Of a stretch of DNA of 64,000 bases, positions 51,346 to 64,000 are shown one piece after another. This stretch comes from Paraphysomonas bandaiensis (taxonomy: Eukaryota; Protista; Chrysophyceae), in assembly GCA_965644295.1 (NCBI GenBank), contig CBFFRP010000365.1, forward strand, positions 124,001-188,000, read 5' to 3'. Position 1 is the stretch's first letter, and each line of letters begins with the position of its first letter. A program made the translations under genes and the position numbers. The notes beneath the pieces are model-generated. The model ran no database searches and was not told the origin of the DNA. It was given only the letters and a program-made list of their open reading frames with translations.

Positions 51346-51616
51346 GCACGAAAACAGTGGTGGAGGACTGGGCTACATAATGGCAGTCTTTGTATTCTTA
51401 CCCAATCCTTGTTTCTTATCACTATTTATTTCCTCTTAAAGCGATGAAAGTAATCACTAGAAACTAGATTTGCGTAATCTTCAATGGTTGCCTTGTGTAC
51501 CGCAAGTTGATTTCAGTACGCTATACTCACAGGTGAAGAAAGGTAAGACATCCGCAATATGAAATAAGGTTATAAATACTTGAATTATTATACTAACCCC
51601 ACTAATTTAAGAATAG

Positions 51617-53140
51617 AGCTACACAGTTGGTAAATATCTACATAAATATGCACCAGGTTGGACTAGCTGCACTTCAGTGAGTGTACCACTTCCTCGACTG
51701 GCACAGTCACAGCTGATGAGAGATCTACTCGAATTTCTTGCACAACACACCCCGCACTTCGAGCAGTGCTCAGGAGATACGGTAACACCTATATAGCACT
51801 TTGTTATCAGTTGCAGTATATATCATTAGTTGGGTACCGAAAAGTGGGAACTTCGTTCAGCCGACACTGGTTTAAGTAAAGTAAAATGAGCTCCATCGCT
51901 GTGAACAACAATGTCTCGCAATCGATCGCAATCCTACTCACACATATTAAGAATATACTTAATGTACTATCTTTACCTCTCCTGAATAAAATGTGGTAAA
52001 CATAGGCTTCGTGGTTCCAGATATAATGCACACTCTGGCATCATGAAATTCTTCTGGCCATATATACAGCAAGCAATTCGCATCTACGAACCCTGCATAC
52101 TGCAAGCAAGAGTTCAATATTTCCTTTTCTAGATCATCTGCAAGGAAGATTATGTATATTATATATACAAATCAAATACTCACCTGAAGTTTGAGCCACT
52201 CGGTCGGCTGAGAAACGCCTGAAGTACACTTGGAGTGCGAAGGGGTGTATATTAAGCGCAACACCCAGATGAATGAAGAAACACCTGTTGCCTGTTAAAC
52301 TTGCATGCGGTATTCAATGTATAACACCAACCTATTAGTTTCTACGGCATATTTACATTCCTTCAATGTGGAAGGAAGATTTGGAAGGAAACTTGAAAAT
52401 GACACGTGAAAGTCGTGTCGATAGAATGACATTTGATGCGGAGCTCCGTTACAAAACAGCGAAAATGATAGAAGAGTTCGATGCGGCTGTGGGATATCAA
52501 ATCGGCGTATATCATGTAAGGTGTATAAGATCTCGATCTCATATACACTCACGCTAGAGTAACTGTCATCCTTTGATGGAGCCGCAATTTCGCTTTCTGT
52601 ATATGTAACAGGATAGCTATCACCAGTGCTGAAACTTTGTGACTCGTCTTCTTGGCCAATTATTTTCAGAGCTTCTTCTAAAGAGCGACTCATTCTACCA
52701 TTATTATCATTGCTTTCATGTTCAAGTGCAATATCAGTCGGTAATTTGTTGCAACAATCAAACTCATCAATCAGATCAATTTCAGCAGCAGAACGAACTA
52801 GATCCTCCTCATGATCTAATTTCTCTACCAAAGATTCCAAAATTTCAAAAGCACAATCAGTCGCTCGTTTTAACTGTTGTATACTTGATCGTATCTCATA
52901 GTCTGAACTTCTGTATGATTTATGATTCGGTAGTTTGTCTACAACAAATATAATAAATTGTTTCCAGTATATATACGATCTTGATGTATAGTTCTCTTTC
53001 ATAGACTCTGTTGCTCTCTTATATAACTGTTTCGCTTTATCAAAATATCTGTGTATAGGTATTGAGTTCTTTACATCTTCCACCTCATGCCCAATCATGA
53101 GCTTTTGTCTGATCTCATATGAGGAGTTCGATCTCGTCAT
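51617..53140 (-). CDS. USP8/AMSH N-terminal (USP8_dimer, MIT-like) domain fused to a putative OTU-like cysteine protease; 3' end uncertain
   Basis: IPIHRYFDKAKQLYKRA...RSYIYWKQFIIFVVDKLPNHKSY; spliced downstream exons read ETNRCFFIHLG ... IVVHSDGAHFTLLKP. Confidence 0.75.
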
Positions 53141-53623
53141 CTTAATAGAATAAACTATTAATTAAACAATATACTTGTATATATTAATGAGTGTTTTAAA
53201 GGTAGAGATGGAGACTATAATGCCTCACTGTCTGTGTGGGTTATTCCAATGAACGATCTTAGATATACTGTACACTGAGTATGGTATTGTGGGAAGCAAG
53301 TTGTTGTCTGGGTGTGTTATTTTGGTCGTATTGTGATATGAAATGCTAAATTTTAGTTATATTTTTTAGTTTTTCATAGTAAATCAGGGATTTCTAAAAG
53401 AAATGTATGATTTCTATGCACATACTGTGTGTTTTTAGTAAAGTTGTAGCAAAAGCAGTTGATATATACACAGCAGTGGAGTATGTAGTGCGTATATTTA
53501 ACCACCTAACAGCTATGGAACTCCTCACTCTACATACTTATATTGATAGATGACAGTACTGCTTCGAACACTGCTGTATATCACATAAATCCGTCATTGA
53601 ATTCCATTCATCATAATACTTCA

Positions 53624-55044
53624 ATGAGAAGTATATACGCTCGTAATACCATAGCAGTCGTACTTACCGTCTATCTTCTAGTGGAATGTTGGTATATCAT
53701 ACACACACGTCATCTATCCGCTATACGTACCTATGAAGTTAATCATATACTATCCTCATGGAAGACTATACAACACACACTCAATGAGAGTGTTATTCAA
53801 TCTATAGATCAGAAGGATATACATCATAACACTGTCTCTCCACATCCATTAGATACGAACCGTCTGAGAGGACAACCCCATCAATCAACTGATAGAACAC
53901 CACAGAAAACAAGTCTGAATAGAATAAAAACAACCCATCAAGCTGTTTTATTTACAATGGATTCCATAACATCATGTAACTAGTATATCTATCTATGTAT
54001 TGGTTTGATTATATCAATTCTATATAGATGAAACGAACAGTGCGAAAGGAGGAGCTGCAGGTAGGTATTACTATCTACTAACATCTAGTTCATGATATAA
54101 TATACATACAGGGGAACTGTTGATACGCCATTCTTTAGAACAGGCTTTCCGGGAATTAGGAATTGAATTAGCTGTCAAGAAATCAGATATTGAATTCATT
54201 CAAACTGATATGAGTCAGTATGATATCATCATAGTAGATCCGTGGACATGGGCATCCAAAGGTATGATTCATATTCAATTAGTTGTATTGCGAACACTGC
54301 TATTGATGCGGTTGAATTCAGTGATGACTATATCTAGTAATATCTTGTACAGGATGGGTTCCCAAAAAGGTTTTGGTTGGCCAGGAAAATAAAGTATATG
54401 TATTAGATTTTTTCGGTTCAAAAGAATTACTGAATGCTAGAGGCAAATTCAATATACCTCCAAAGCGATTACTCACTGCATTTGGCTCACCATGGAATAC
54501 CTTTCTCGGATATTATATGAATTCGGATATTATATCAAAATATGCTCGCGAAAAGAAGCCACAAGGGGTTATTTGGGGGAAGGATCCCAAACATTATAAA
54601 GACAGCATTCAACTGTTGCAACACGTTGCGGATACTGTGTCGTTACACTCAACTGCCACAAGGAGACTGTTTAAACATAAAAATGTCGTTTGGCATGGTC
54701 ATCAGACTGTAGAGTCATGGATGACGCTGCTTGCGGAGTCGAGGTTCTTAATCGGTTTAGGTGATCCTCTTCTCGGCCCCTCTGCTATTGATGCAATAGC
54801 AATGGGTTGTGTTTATATTAACCCCATTTACGATACGCCTGTACGTGAGGTACATAAAACACAGCATGACTATGCCGTTGATAAAATTGGGGCGCCGTAT
54901 GTATGTAACGCTCATTTGAGTAACATAGAAGAGGTTCTTGGTTGCGTAAAGCTTGCGTTGAAGTCAGACTTGAAACCGTTTATTCCACGAGATTTTTCTT
55001 ATGAAAACTATATTGAGCGCGTTCGCAGTATATTTTTAAAGTGA
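53624..55044 (+). CDS. GT18 glycosyltransferase, MGAT5/GnT-V-like type II membrane protein
   Basis: N-terminal TM; KGGAAGELL, VLDFFGS, NTFLGY, QGVIWGKD, LLAESRFLIGLGDP..GPSAIDAIAMGCVYINP, TQHDYA..IGAPYV. Confidence 0.85.
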
Positions 55045-55564
55045 AACTGTACGTCAATAATAATATATCTCTAATAGTGCTCGCACATTACATAAGAGTT
55101 TGCCCACATGTAGGGTGTAAGTTATGTGTTACTTTGCATAATTTTCAAATTAAATACCTCATACCTTAAATGGAATAACTTGTAATATATTAATAGGATT
55201 ACGCTTTTACGAAACAAGTACGTATGTGTTTTGTGATGGAGTGCTCTACACGAGTTTTGGTTGTCAATTATGACCGTTACTTGAAGACTACAGTGGTTAT
55301 GTAGTTTTAAGCAGTATTATTACATGAATTAGATTATCTAAGATCTGATATTGTCGATTGGTAGTAGGTATGTAGAAATTAATTAATAGCAAAGTATATA
55401 AATATAGAATATCTGACAGTGTAAAGTGTAAAATGCAATTCTCTATTTAAAAACAATATTGACATTAAGTAATATAATATAGGTTGAAAAGAAATATTTA
55501 TTACAAATAGCAAATACACAATATCTATTCAAAATTAGAAACAAACAAAAAACTAGAAAGTACG

Positions 55565-58500
55565 TCATTTTCGCTTTTTCGTTTTGATGTCACTATAGAT
55601 ATGTGGGTTTGAAGAACTCGCTCGAAGAAAACTAACACATGTCTTTACGCTGACATTATCATGTTGCCCCCGAAAAACATCACGCGGAAGGCCAAAGTCT
55701 CGTTCTTTTGTTTTCTCCAAACTAAAGTGTTGGAAAAGAAATTAGAATTCAATTTCATATTGAAAAAACTAACCTATTCATAATTTCTTCAAAACGCTTC
55801 TTTTTCCTTCGCAATTTGTCTTTCTTACTATTTTCTGTTGAATTTTGTGGGGAAATTTTATTATTTTCCCCACTCTTACGTGGTGGTGGTTCCTCTAAAA
55901 TAACTGGTGCAGTACTATTCTGTCGCGATACTGATCCGCTATGCTTGGACCTCCCTTTGCTCTCACTGTAACTGCTCGATTGTGCTTCGGCAAACATCAT
56001 TTTTCTAGCAGTTAATAACGCTGACATCGATGATGTTCTCTCCAATGTGTGTGAGGCATCGGCGCCACCGCCATCACTATCTCCTTGAGGATGAGGAGCT
56101 GTAGTAGGTCTATCATCGATTCCCATTAGGGATTTAGATTTCCGTTTGAGATCTCTAATTGATTCCATCTTCAAATTTGGGGCACTGCCTGGGCGTGACA
56201 TAGTACGAGGAATACTATTCTTTCTGGGGACTTCGGTGACGAACACTGTTTGGGATTCCTGTCGCTCACGCAGACCAACCTCAAGATTGGATTGTTGGCT
56301 CTGGAGAGAATGAAGAGGAGGTTTATCCATGGGTTTCTTCGAAACTGACTTTTTATAGGTCACAGTAACTGGATGGTAAGAGTTTCGAAGTTTCTTCATT
56401 CCATCATTATCAATTCTTCTGAAAGACCGTTTCCATGCAAACACATACTCCATTTTCTCTCGTAAAAATCTTTGAATAACTCTCGCAGCTACTTCTTTCT
56501 TGTCATGAGATCTAGCACATACGGCATCAAAAATAAGAAAAAATATATACTGTATTCCTTACATTTCTTGATACTTAACCATCGATGACGGTAAATGCTC
56601 CCATGACTTTGTGTTCATCAGAATACAATTGGCAACATCCCAATATGCCTCTTCAGCCTCCAAGAGCGAATTCGAGCCGGAGTTCGCAGCATTTCCCTTA
56701 TCAGTTTCATCCGCAATAAAAGAACCCTGCTGCTTCGCCATGTTGGCCCTGATCTCTTCCGCTGATTATACACACTAAATTAAGCAATAAATACATCATG
56801 TATTACAGTACCGATTGCCACTGCGTCCGCTTTGGCATTCTTGTAAACTATGGAATCAGAACCGTACAAGTTACGCAAAAAAGTGACGTCTGGACCATCT
56901 GCCCGGAAATTTCGGAGCATTTGTTTGTCAAACTTGGCAAGTAAATGAAGTTGCTTGGACTCTTGACTTTGAAGCTGAGGTAAGTGTCGTGCCACAACTT
57001 CTTCGGATCGTAGATGTGTTGGTAGACTTCTGCTTAAAGATACACTGAGCACACTCTCCTGCTTTCATATATGACATATATAGAAATAAATTCATACACA
57101 GTCAACCTTTTTTCGTCGATCTTGTGACGATAACTTAATTTGATCTTTCGCCTGCTCCAACAGATATTCCCTGAAACGAGCATCCGGATTGTCGTCGCTA
57201 AAGAACCATATTAGGCATTTAAAAGTGATATTCTACTAACATACCTCGGCAGCGTTACTAAGTGCAATTTCCATTTGCACTCGTCCGTCGGATGAAAAAA
57301 ATCTGCACTATTCGAATTAGACTTTTCTGCATCTTCGAAGGAATTATATTTCTCCATAAACGCATCATAAGGAGTGTGCGAAGCCAGAAAGCACCACTCC
57401 TGCTCCAGCATTATATGATCCTGATGCAACACCTGTAGAAATAATTACATGGCGATTATATTATCCACGTTTCTTGCCTGTTCCCCAAGCATCCCAGTCG
57501 GGTCTTGTCTATTTAGTACAATCCACCTTCCATATTGTTGGGCTTTGAAAAAGTTTTCCCGTCTGCAATTTATTAGTGCTGGGTGAATTTTGCGAATACC
57601 ATCTGATGATATAGCCTTGCCACCATACTGCGCGCCGAGCACTTCATGCGCTCCAGCCTACTTAAATATCAAAGATATATGCGTAACGACTGCCTATTAT
57701 CAATACCTGAAGCCAAACTGCATCGCCATATCTTACAATTCCATGATCACTTAGATCATCGCAGTTCCAAACAACGAATCTCGCGGACGGTAATATCTTG
57801 TGAGCCGACGCTTTTATATCAGATGCATGATTAAAAGACAAGAATCCACCATGGCGACTCTGATTTCTAAACTTAAAAAATACATGAAAGCAATTAAGAC
57901 GCACCTGAAATGCGATTGTAGCACCAAAGTATACAGCCGTTCCAGGAGCATAATTAAGAACCTCTTGTAGGTCCAGCTTTTTCATATTCTTCAAGTTATG
58001 CCGAATTTTGGAAGCTACACATTAATGATTAATCCTTGTGCACATAGAATTAAGGACTTCAACTTACTTTTAGCGGACTTATCAAGTTTATCGGCTGGAG
58101 TGGAGATATGCATATTCTTTTGTAAAATATTACTCATATCCTTAGCGTTAGAATCCTTGATAGCAGGCGTCCGACTTGCGCCCCTGGAGTTTTTTTGAGA
58201 AGCCAAGCTCCTTCTGTAGTCACTAGCGTATCTAGATTTCATTGATCTAATCTTATCTGCAATAGACAGAACATACGGATCTGCCCGGTTCGACCCATAG
58301 TGTGGGGAAGCCGGTTCCGCCATGCTCTGGAAATCGATATAGTTTCTCATTCCACCTCTTCTTCGTTTGAGAAGTTCATTTTTTTCCAAACGTTTTTCTT
58401 TCTCCCTTTGAAGTCGTCTGGCCTCATCTTCACGATATTTTTGAATTCTATCGGCATCTAAGTCGACGACTACTCGGCCAAAACTGGCATATTTGACAGC

Positions 58501-58695
58501 CCTCTGTGATTTATGAATTTCAACAAGTAGAGACGATTTAGAAGTAGGGTTTTTATTCTTCTTATTGTTATCCCATTTACGACGATTTGCAATCATTCGT
58601 TTGAATGCAATAATAGCAATAAACAGTCGAACAATAAAAGGATGATTCCTTTCTGTTTTTTGGTTTGTGGCTATCCCGATCCTCTTCTGCAGCAT
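55565..58695 (-). CDS. Large uncharacterised multi-exon protein with a beta-rich (beta-trefoil-like) region and an IQ-like motif
   Basis: Chain of minus-strand ORFs joined by short GT-AG introns; YFGATIAFQ-SRHGGFLS, VRYGDAVWLQ, HQDHIMLEQ segments; AARVIQRFLR. Confidence 0.7.
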
Positions 58696-59506
58696 ATTGA
58701 TATGATATCAGGCCACTTCAAGATTGATCTGACTATAATTCAAACACACAAATGTTTATATTCTATGTATGTATGTATGTCTGTGGAAGTGTCATTGATT
58801 CAGGTGTGTTATATATGGGGGACTATAGCTATATCACACACTGAAAGAGCTCAGTCATTAACAGGTTCCTCAAGAACTCCGTTACAATTCAGTGCCTTAC
58901 AATACTATCTAAAGAGTTGTTTGTGTCATTGAATAACAAGGGTGTGTTATTTCATATAACAGAGTGGAGAAAAGTGGAATCGATCCCCTCTCTGCATATA
59001 TATATATATAAGCTCTACCGTAACTGTACATACATACATATATACACATACATACGCCTGAAATTCATATATACAGAAGATGTAACAGTTAAATTTATAG
59101 TGCTGAACTGCCGCTGGTACTGTCGTCAATCTTCTAACACCTATAAAATCGCGGTTTTTAGACCTATATCTCGATATGCAGAAAAAAACTACTCAGGAGT
59201 ACAATAGATATGGCCGAATAATTGATGGTTTTTTCTAAAAAAGGCATGTTTTAGATTTATTGTACACCAGAATATTGGCAGTATATCCTACAGCAGCACT
59301 TTGTATGTGTGGTGTATCACTCCATGATGATCTCGCAATATACACACATGTATCATCACATCAGCACTGGATCATCATATAAATCCAGATCTAAATTCAA
59401 TTCCCGCAGTCAATGCCTATATATTCTATACTCTAAACTAGCATATGGCTTCGTTCATTAGACTTAACCCACCTATCACTATCTAACACACAGAGTCCTA
59501 TCAGAT

Positions 59507-61535
59507 ATGGTAATATACGCTATCATCAGCATATAAGACAACTGATTGATGTATTCATTGATTAGGGGAGTGCAGAATCAACAATAGATGAGGAGCGTAT
59601 GAAGGAAATAACTGATGAAGCATGTGAGCTGTTTCTATCGAAGATCACTGTATGCTTTGAAGACGCGCTATTCGAAAAGTTTGAAAGACTTTATAATAAC
59701 AAAACAGATAAAGTTTCCTATCAACTCCAGTCACCTCCTAAGCTAGAGTTTTCTTTGAAATGTGGTTTCTTGTTGAAGCGAGGGGGGCAGGTAGGAAACC
59801 CAATTGTGTTATCGTTGAAGTGATATTCATACAACTTTGAAGGTGAAAAATTGGAAGAGGCGACATTTCGAGGCATTAAATGAATCTGAAAATTATAATA
59901 TTGCTTATTACAAACAGTACAAAGGAAAAATGGTGCGTAAAGGAGTTATTAATTGCAACGGGTATGTGATGTATTTACCGTTGCTTGTATACATGGTTTG
60001 ATGGTATGCAGTTATCGCGTTGAAATGTTCTTGGAAGAAGAGGAAGAGGTGTTCGGCCAATTTGGCTTTAAACTGGTTCCTTATGATGAGCGGCGTCGAT
60101 GTTGGTGGTTTCGAGCTGAGGATGAAGATGATAAGAAAGAGTGGGAAGAGGTGTATAAAGTAAAGCTATATCATTCGATTATGTCCTTATGCTTTCGATT
60201 TTAGATATTTAGCAACGCATGCAGGAAATCTCAGCCATCCAGGCACCACATCCCACTCATAGAAACTGCATTTGACCGAGCGTTTCACTCCGTGCGATAT
60301 TCGTATGGCTATTTTAACCCTATTGAGGTGTGCGGTACGGAAGAAGAGATGTTATTCGACTTCATAGGTGGAGAAATTCTACACAGAGAGCTTCTGCATG
60401 ATGCATTCAGCAGCATTCCTTCGAGACCTGACAAAGCCTCCCAAGTCCAAGAAATTAAACATATCGCAAATAAGATTGTGGGAAAAGCTGTTAAAGCTAC
60501 TTGGAAGAGTGCGCTTGAAGGCTTGATGCCACTTATTCCACCAGCATTTCTTCCTCAAGGAGGCAAGCAAACCCAATCAGAGTCGACCTCCACATGCAGC
60601 AGTGATGAGCATGATATATCTGAGTTTCTCAAACAACAGTATGGGGAAGTATACTTCAATAAATTTGTCAATACGATTCAGGTTCAAGCAGAAATTCAGT
60701 CGAAGGTGTGTGCTGCTGCTGCTTCTGTTGTAGATCCTGTTATCCTGGATGCGGCACAAACAACCTGTGTGCCTTTGTTGGAGGCCATCACAGACTCTGT
60801 GGCTCAAGCATACGCTGAAGCTGTGGAGGGTTTTGCTTCTGACGTACAGCACACAGTACTGGTAAGTGCAAAATTATCGAGAGAGACGGGTTCGGGTGAA
60901 CACGCTGAGGCTCTGGCGAACGCCCATCGCAGGGTGAATGTGGGGTATAATTCAGGACCGTTGAAGGAGTCCCGGATGACGTTATGGGCGATGTATACAA
61001 ACAATCTAAACCAACCCGATGTACAGCAGTGTTTTTCTAATGGAGCTCTTAATGCGTATGATATTTATTCCCGTATATCAGACAACATTGCAGCACTCAC
61101 ACATAGTGCAATATACACTTACGGAAAACTCACTATCGAAGGCGACATGGATCCAGAGTCTGCACTCTCCAGTTGCAAGGACATGGCCTCTGCTGATTCT
61201 AAACTTAGACAGCAAGAAGTTTTGGTGGACATTTTGAATCGGTTCGTGTAGTATATTTCGTTGATGTGTGTTAATTATTATTGTGTATCAGATTGGTAGA
61301 CCCAGTGGTCCAAGAGATGATAGTCATACCTTGCTGCGACGTGATACAGCAAATGCAAATCCTAGTCCCACCTCATATGAGGGATGACTTTAGTATACAG
61401 TCATGCGGCGATCGTCTAATTGCGGACATGGTCGACAGAGTATTGGCCTCTTTAGTTAAGCAGTTTCTTTCGAAGTCATATTCTACCAGTCATGAAATAT
61501 CAAGTTATTCTCCTGTTGAAGTTACTGTTGTATGA
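59507..61535 (+). CDS. Niban/FAM129-like PH-domain protein with N-myristoylation motif
   Basis: ATG-only exon 59507-59509, then exon from 59566 gives MGSAES; KCGFLLKRGGQVKNWKRRHF...WWFRAEDEDDKKEWEE (PH); AFDRAFHSVRYSYGY..CGTEEEML (Niban core). Confidence 0.8.
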
Positions 61536-62248
61536 TTATGTAAATATAATAGGCATTAGTATATATTTGTTTTACAATAATGGGGAAGGCGCTTTGGGAA
61601 CAGTAGCGTCGTGTTGGAAATATTCCTTCCTTACATCGAAAGGTATTTAGGAGTGAGGAACTAATTAATCTGCTCTTCTAATCAGCAGCATCAAGGGTTG
61701 TATACGACATCCTTTCTTCTTACATTTCCGCACAAGCATATAACAACAACGTACTGTAGAGCTGTAAAGTAAATGAAAAATGAACTGTATTTGGCGCAGA
61801 TATACGTAATATACTGTTATTCGTTGTCAGTATGTAAAATCCATGCAGCATAAATTTATTATTGTGACGACTTGCTGTATTAATGGTATGTATGGATCTG
61901 ACTACTGTAGTAATTGCTATAAGCTTATTGTGTACACGACGAATGTCAAAACGAAATGCTTAGCATGTCTACCACAAGTACAACTAAGCGAAACATGTCA
62001 CCAGTTCTCTCATGAAAATACCGTACACAGAGAGTTGTCATTCATCGTATTCAATACCGAACGCTGATATATCGATCAACATTTTCTGAACTATTTTTGT
62101 TAACATTGTCAAGCTTGCCACAAGACAACAATAGTGTGTAATGCAGTCGAGCAATATAAACGCAAAAGAGATTATTTCGAATTGTACAGTTTATTACCAG
62201 CACAGCATTTGGCACGCACACTGCTCTGACAAGATCCAATTGCTAGAT

Positions 62249-62553
62249 TTATCTGAGACGGCGTGCTTCACGCTCCCATTCCATCAAGGACAAAATGTCA
62301 CCCTATATAGCTGGTTGTTACCACTGCTTTAATTAATACAACACAACTATACCTCTCTAACAGGTCCTTTGACATTTCTAATGATAGAACGGTTGGGGTC
62401 ATCAAGAAATTCAACTCTGACCTGAATGACATTTCCGGTGTTACCGGTTCTGCCAATAACGCGGTTAACCTTTGCAAGCTTTACAGGCTGATCCTATACA
62501 ATGCATCAACATGAGATATTATACAATAAAATGAAAATATTATAACTAACCAT
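62249..62553 (-). CDS. RPS28: 40S ribosomal protein S28 (eS28); exons 62553-62551, 62493-62353, 62302-62249
   Basis: [65 protein letters not shown]; absent from the ORF track. Confidence 0.97.
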
Positions 62554-63176
62554 TTTACTACACGCTGCCAATGTGCACGGTAAATTATTATAACTTGATT
62601 GGGTTGGTATTATATGCCTCTATATTGCATAGATCTTGAGGTGGTGGTGTCAATAGCATGATGCATAGTTTGAGGTCAGTGGATGGCGGTTATGATGAAA
62701 AATCTTGAATCGTCAGTATTCAGTTTTTGTTGATTATGTGTTGGTAGTGTACGTTTGGTGAACCGTATACGGGCAGATATATCCGTTGATGAGGAGAATT
62801 ATCTACGAAAATATGACTATGAACACCTTGAGGTGTCTGTACTCTGGTATTATACCATCTACATACGGACCATGTGCTGTGAAATCGTGTGTATGGTGTC
62901 ACCCCATACTGCAGTATACTGTATACTGTATAGATACCTACATAAACCACCATACCTAACATACACACACACCTCTGTACGTATCATACACACACATACA
63001 TATATATATAACATCTATTCAACAATCTCAATACTCTTACCTCATTTCTTCGATATTCAACTTCACTTCTTCATCTCCCTATCATTCCCATGTATCCATC
63101 TCTCTTAACCACCCCTTTAACCCATCTCATAATGCCATAAGACACATACACGCATCCCCTCTATAAACAAACACAC

Positions 63177-64000
63177 ATGACACACTGTGATAGTCAAGAC
63201 ATTGATCTAGGTCCATTAGGGATAAACTACATTGATATTTTCTATTGTCAATTACAAGGATATGAATCTGTTAGTGTTCTCTTCTTCATATGCTGGACGA
63301 TGTATTTGATTTATATGTGTAAGTCTCTCTCTGTATATATACATACATATCATGTATAACTATATGTATACGTGTATATATGACTATATGGGGATAACTC
63401 TTATCATTTATTTTTAGTGGGAGACACCGCAGACACTTATTTTTCACCTACTTTGGGGTCTATTTGCGAAAAGGTTTATTTGTTGTGTACTATAATGACA
63501 TTCATAATTATTACATGTAGATGAAAATTCCGTACCAGGTTGCAGGTGTGACTTTTCTCGCCATGGGAAACGGATCTCCCGATGTATTTGCATCAATAAC
63601 TTCGTTTACAGGTTTTTGAATAAAGTGTACTTTAAGTAGTAACAAAATATGTAGGAGGACAGGATGTACTGATTGGAGTTGGTGCTTTACTCGGGGCCAG
63701 TATGTTCGTAGCAACCATCGTTGTTGGGGTTGTATCCATTATTTCGCCGTGCAAGATAGATCCGTTTGTGTTTGGCCGTGATATTAGCTTCCATGTACTG
63801 GCCGTTACTGCTGTCACGTATTGTGCCATAGCTGTGGAAGTTACTTTGTATTCGGCCTTGGGTTTCTTTGTCTTGTATGCCGTGTATGTGACTGTAGTTA
63901 TCGTGGGGTGGTGGTATAGTGCTAGAAAATCCCCAAGTACGAGCTCGATTCCTGTTGTCGCCGGAGTACAAGCTGCCTATTGGCATGCGTCCTCCAAGTC
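63177..64000 (+). CDS. Cation/Ca2+ exchanger (CCX/NCLX-like), runs off the window end
   Basis: INYIDIFYC, GDTADTYFSPTL, VAGVTFLAMGNGSPDVFASI (alpha-1 repeat), GALLGASMFV, RDISFH. Confidence 0.92.

Overview
Gene-dense, AT-rich eukaryotic nuclear DNA with short (about 45-100 nt) GT-AG introns. CFAP61 implies a flagellate; the gene content suggests a stramenopile-like protist (inference). About 22 protein genes can be assembled by hand: RPL6, cupin DUF985, a phosphatase fusion, DUF962/Mpo1, a TKL kinase, a TRIM-like E3, LZIC, PRODH, NEMF/Rqc2, a carboxylesterase, an SLC25 carrier, ORC6, NPRL2, CFAP61, a USP8/AMSH-N-domain protein, GT18/MGAT5-like, Niban-like, RPS28, a CCX exchanger and several unknowns. 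Non-genic features include a decayed TE zone (about 1.5-9.7 kb), an apparently identical 2115-bp tandem duplication, a hAT MITE with an 8-bp TSD, and scattered pieces of what looks like one tyrosine-recombinase element family. The most notable observations are unusual domain architectures, mostly visible only after splicing: a USP8/AMSH-type MIT domain fused to an OTU-like protease; NEMF with an inserted hnRNP-Q acidic (NURR) domain; a catalytically dead metallophosphoesterase fused to an intact DUSP; ORC6 with a very long SP/TP-repeat insertion; and CFAP61 with an adenylate-kinase-like insertion. A recurrent TACAGCAGT motif marks gene 5' flanks. All family assignments come from motif recognition by eye; no searches were run.
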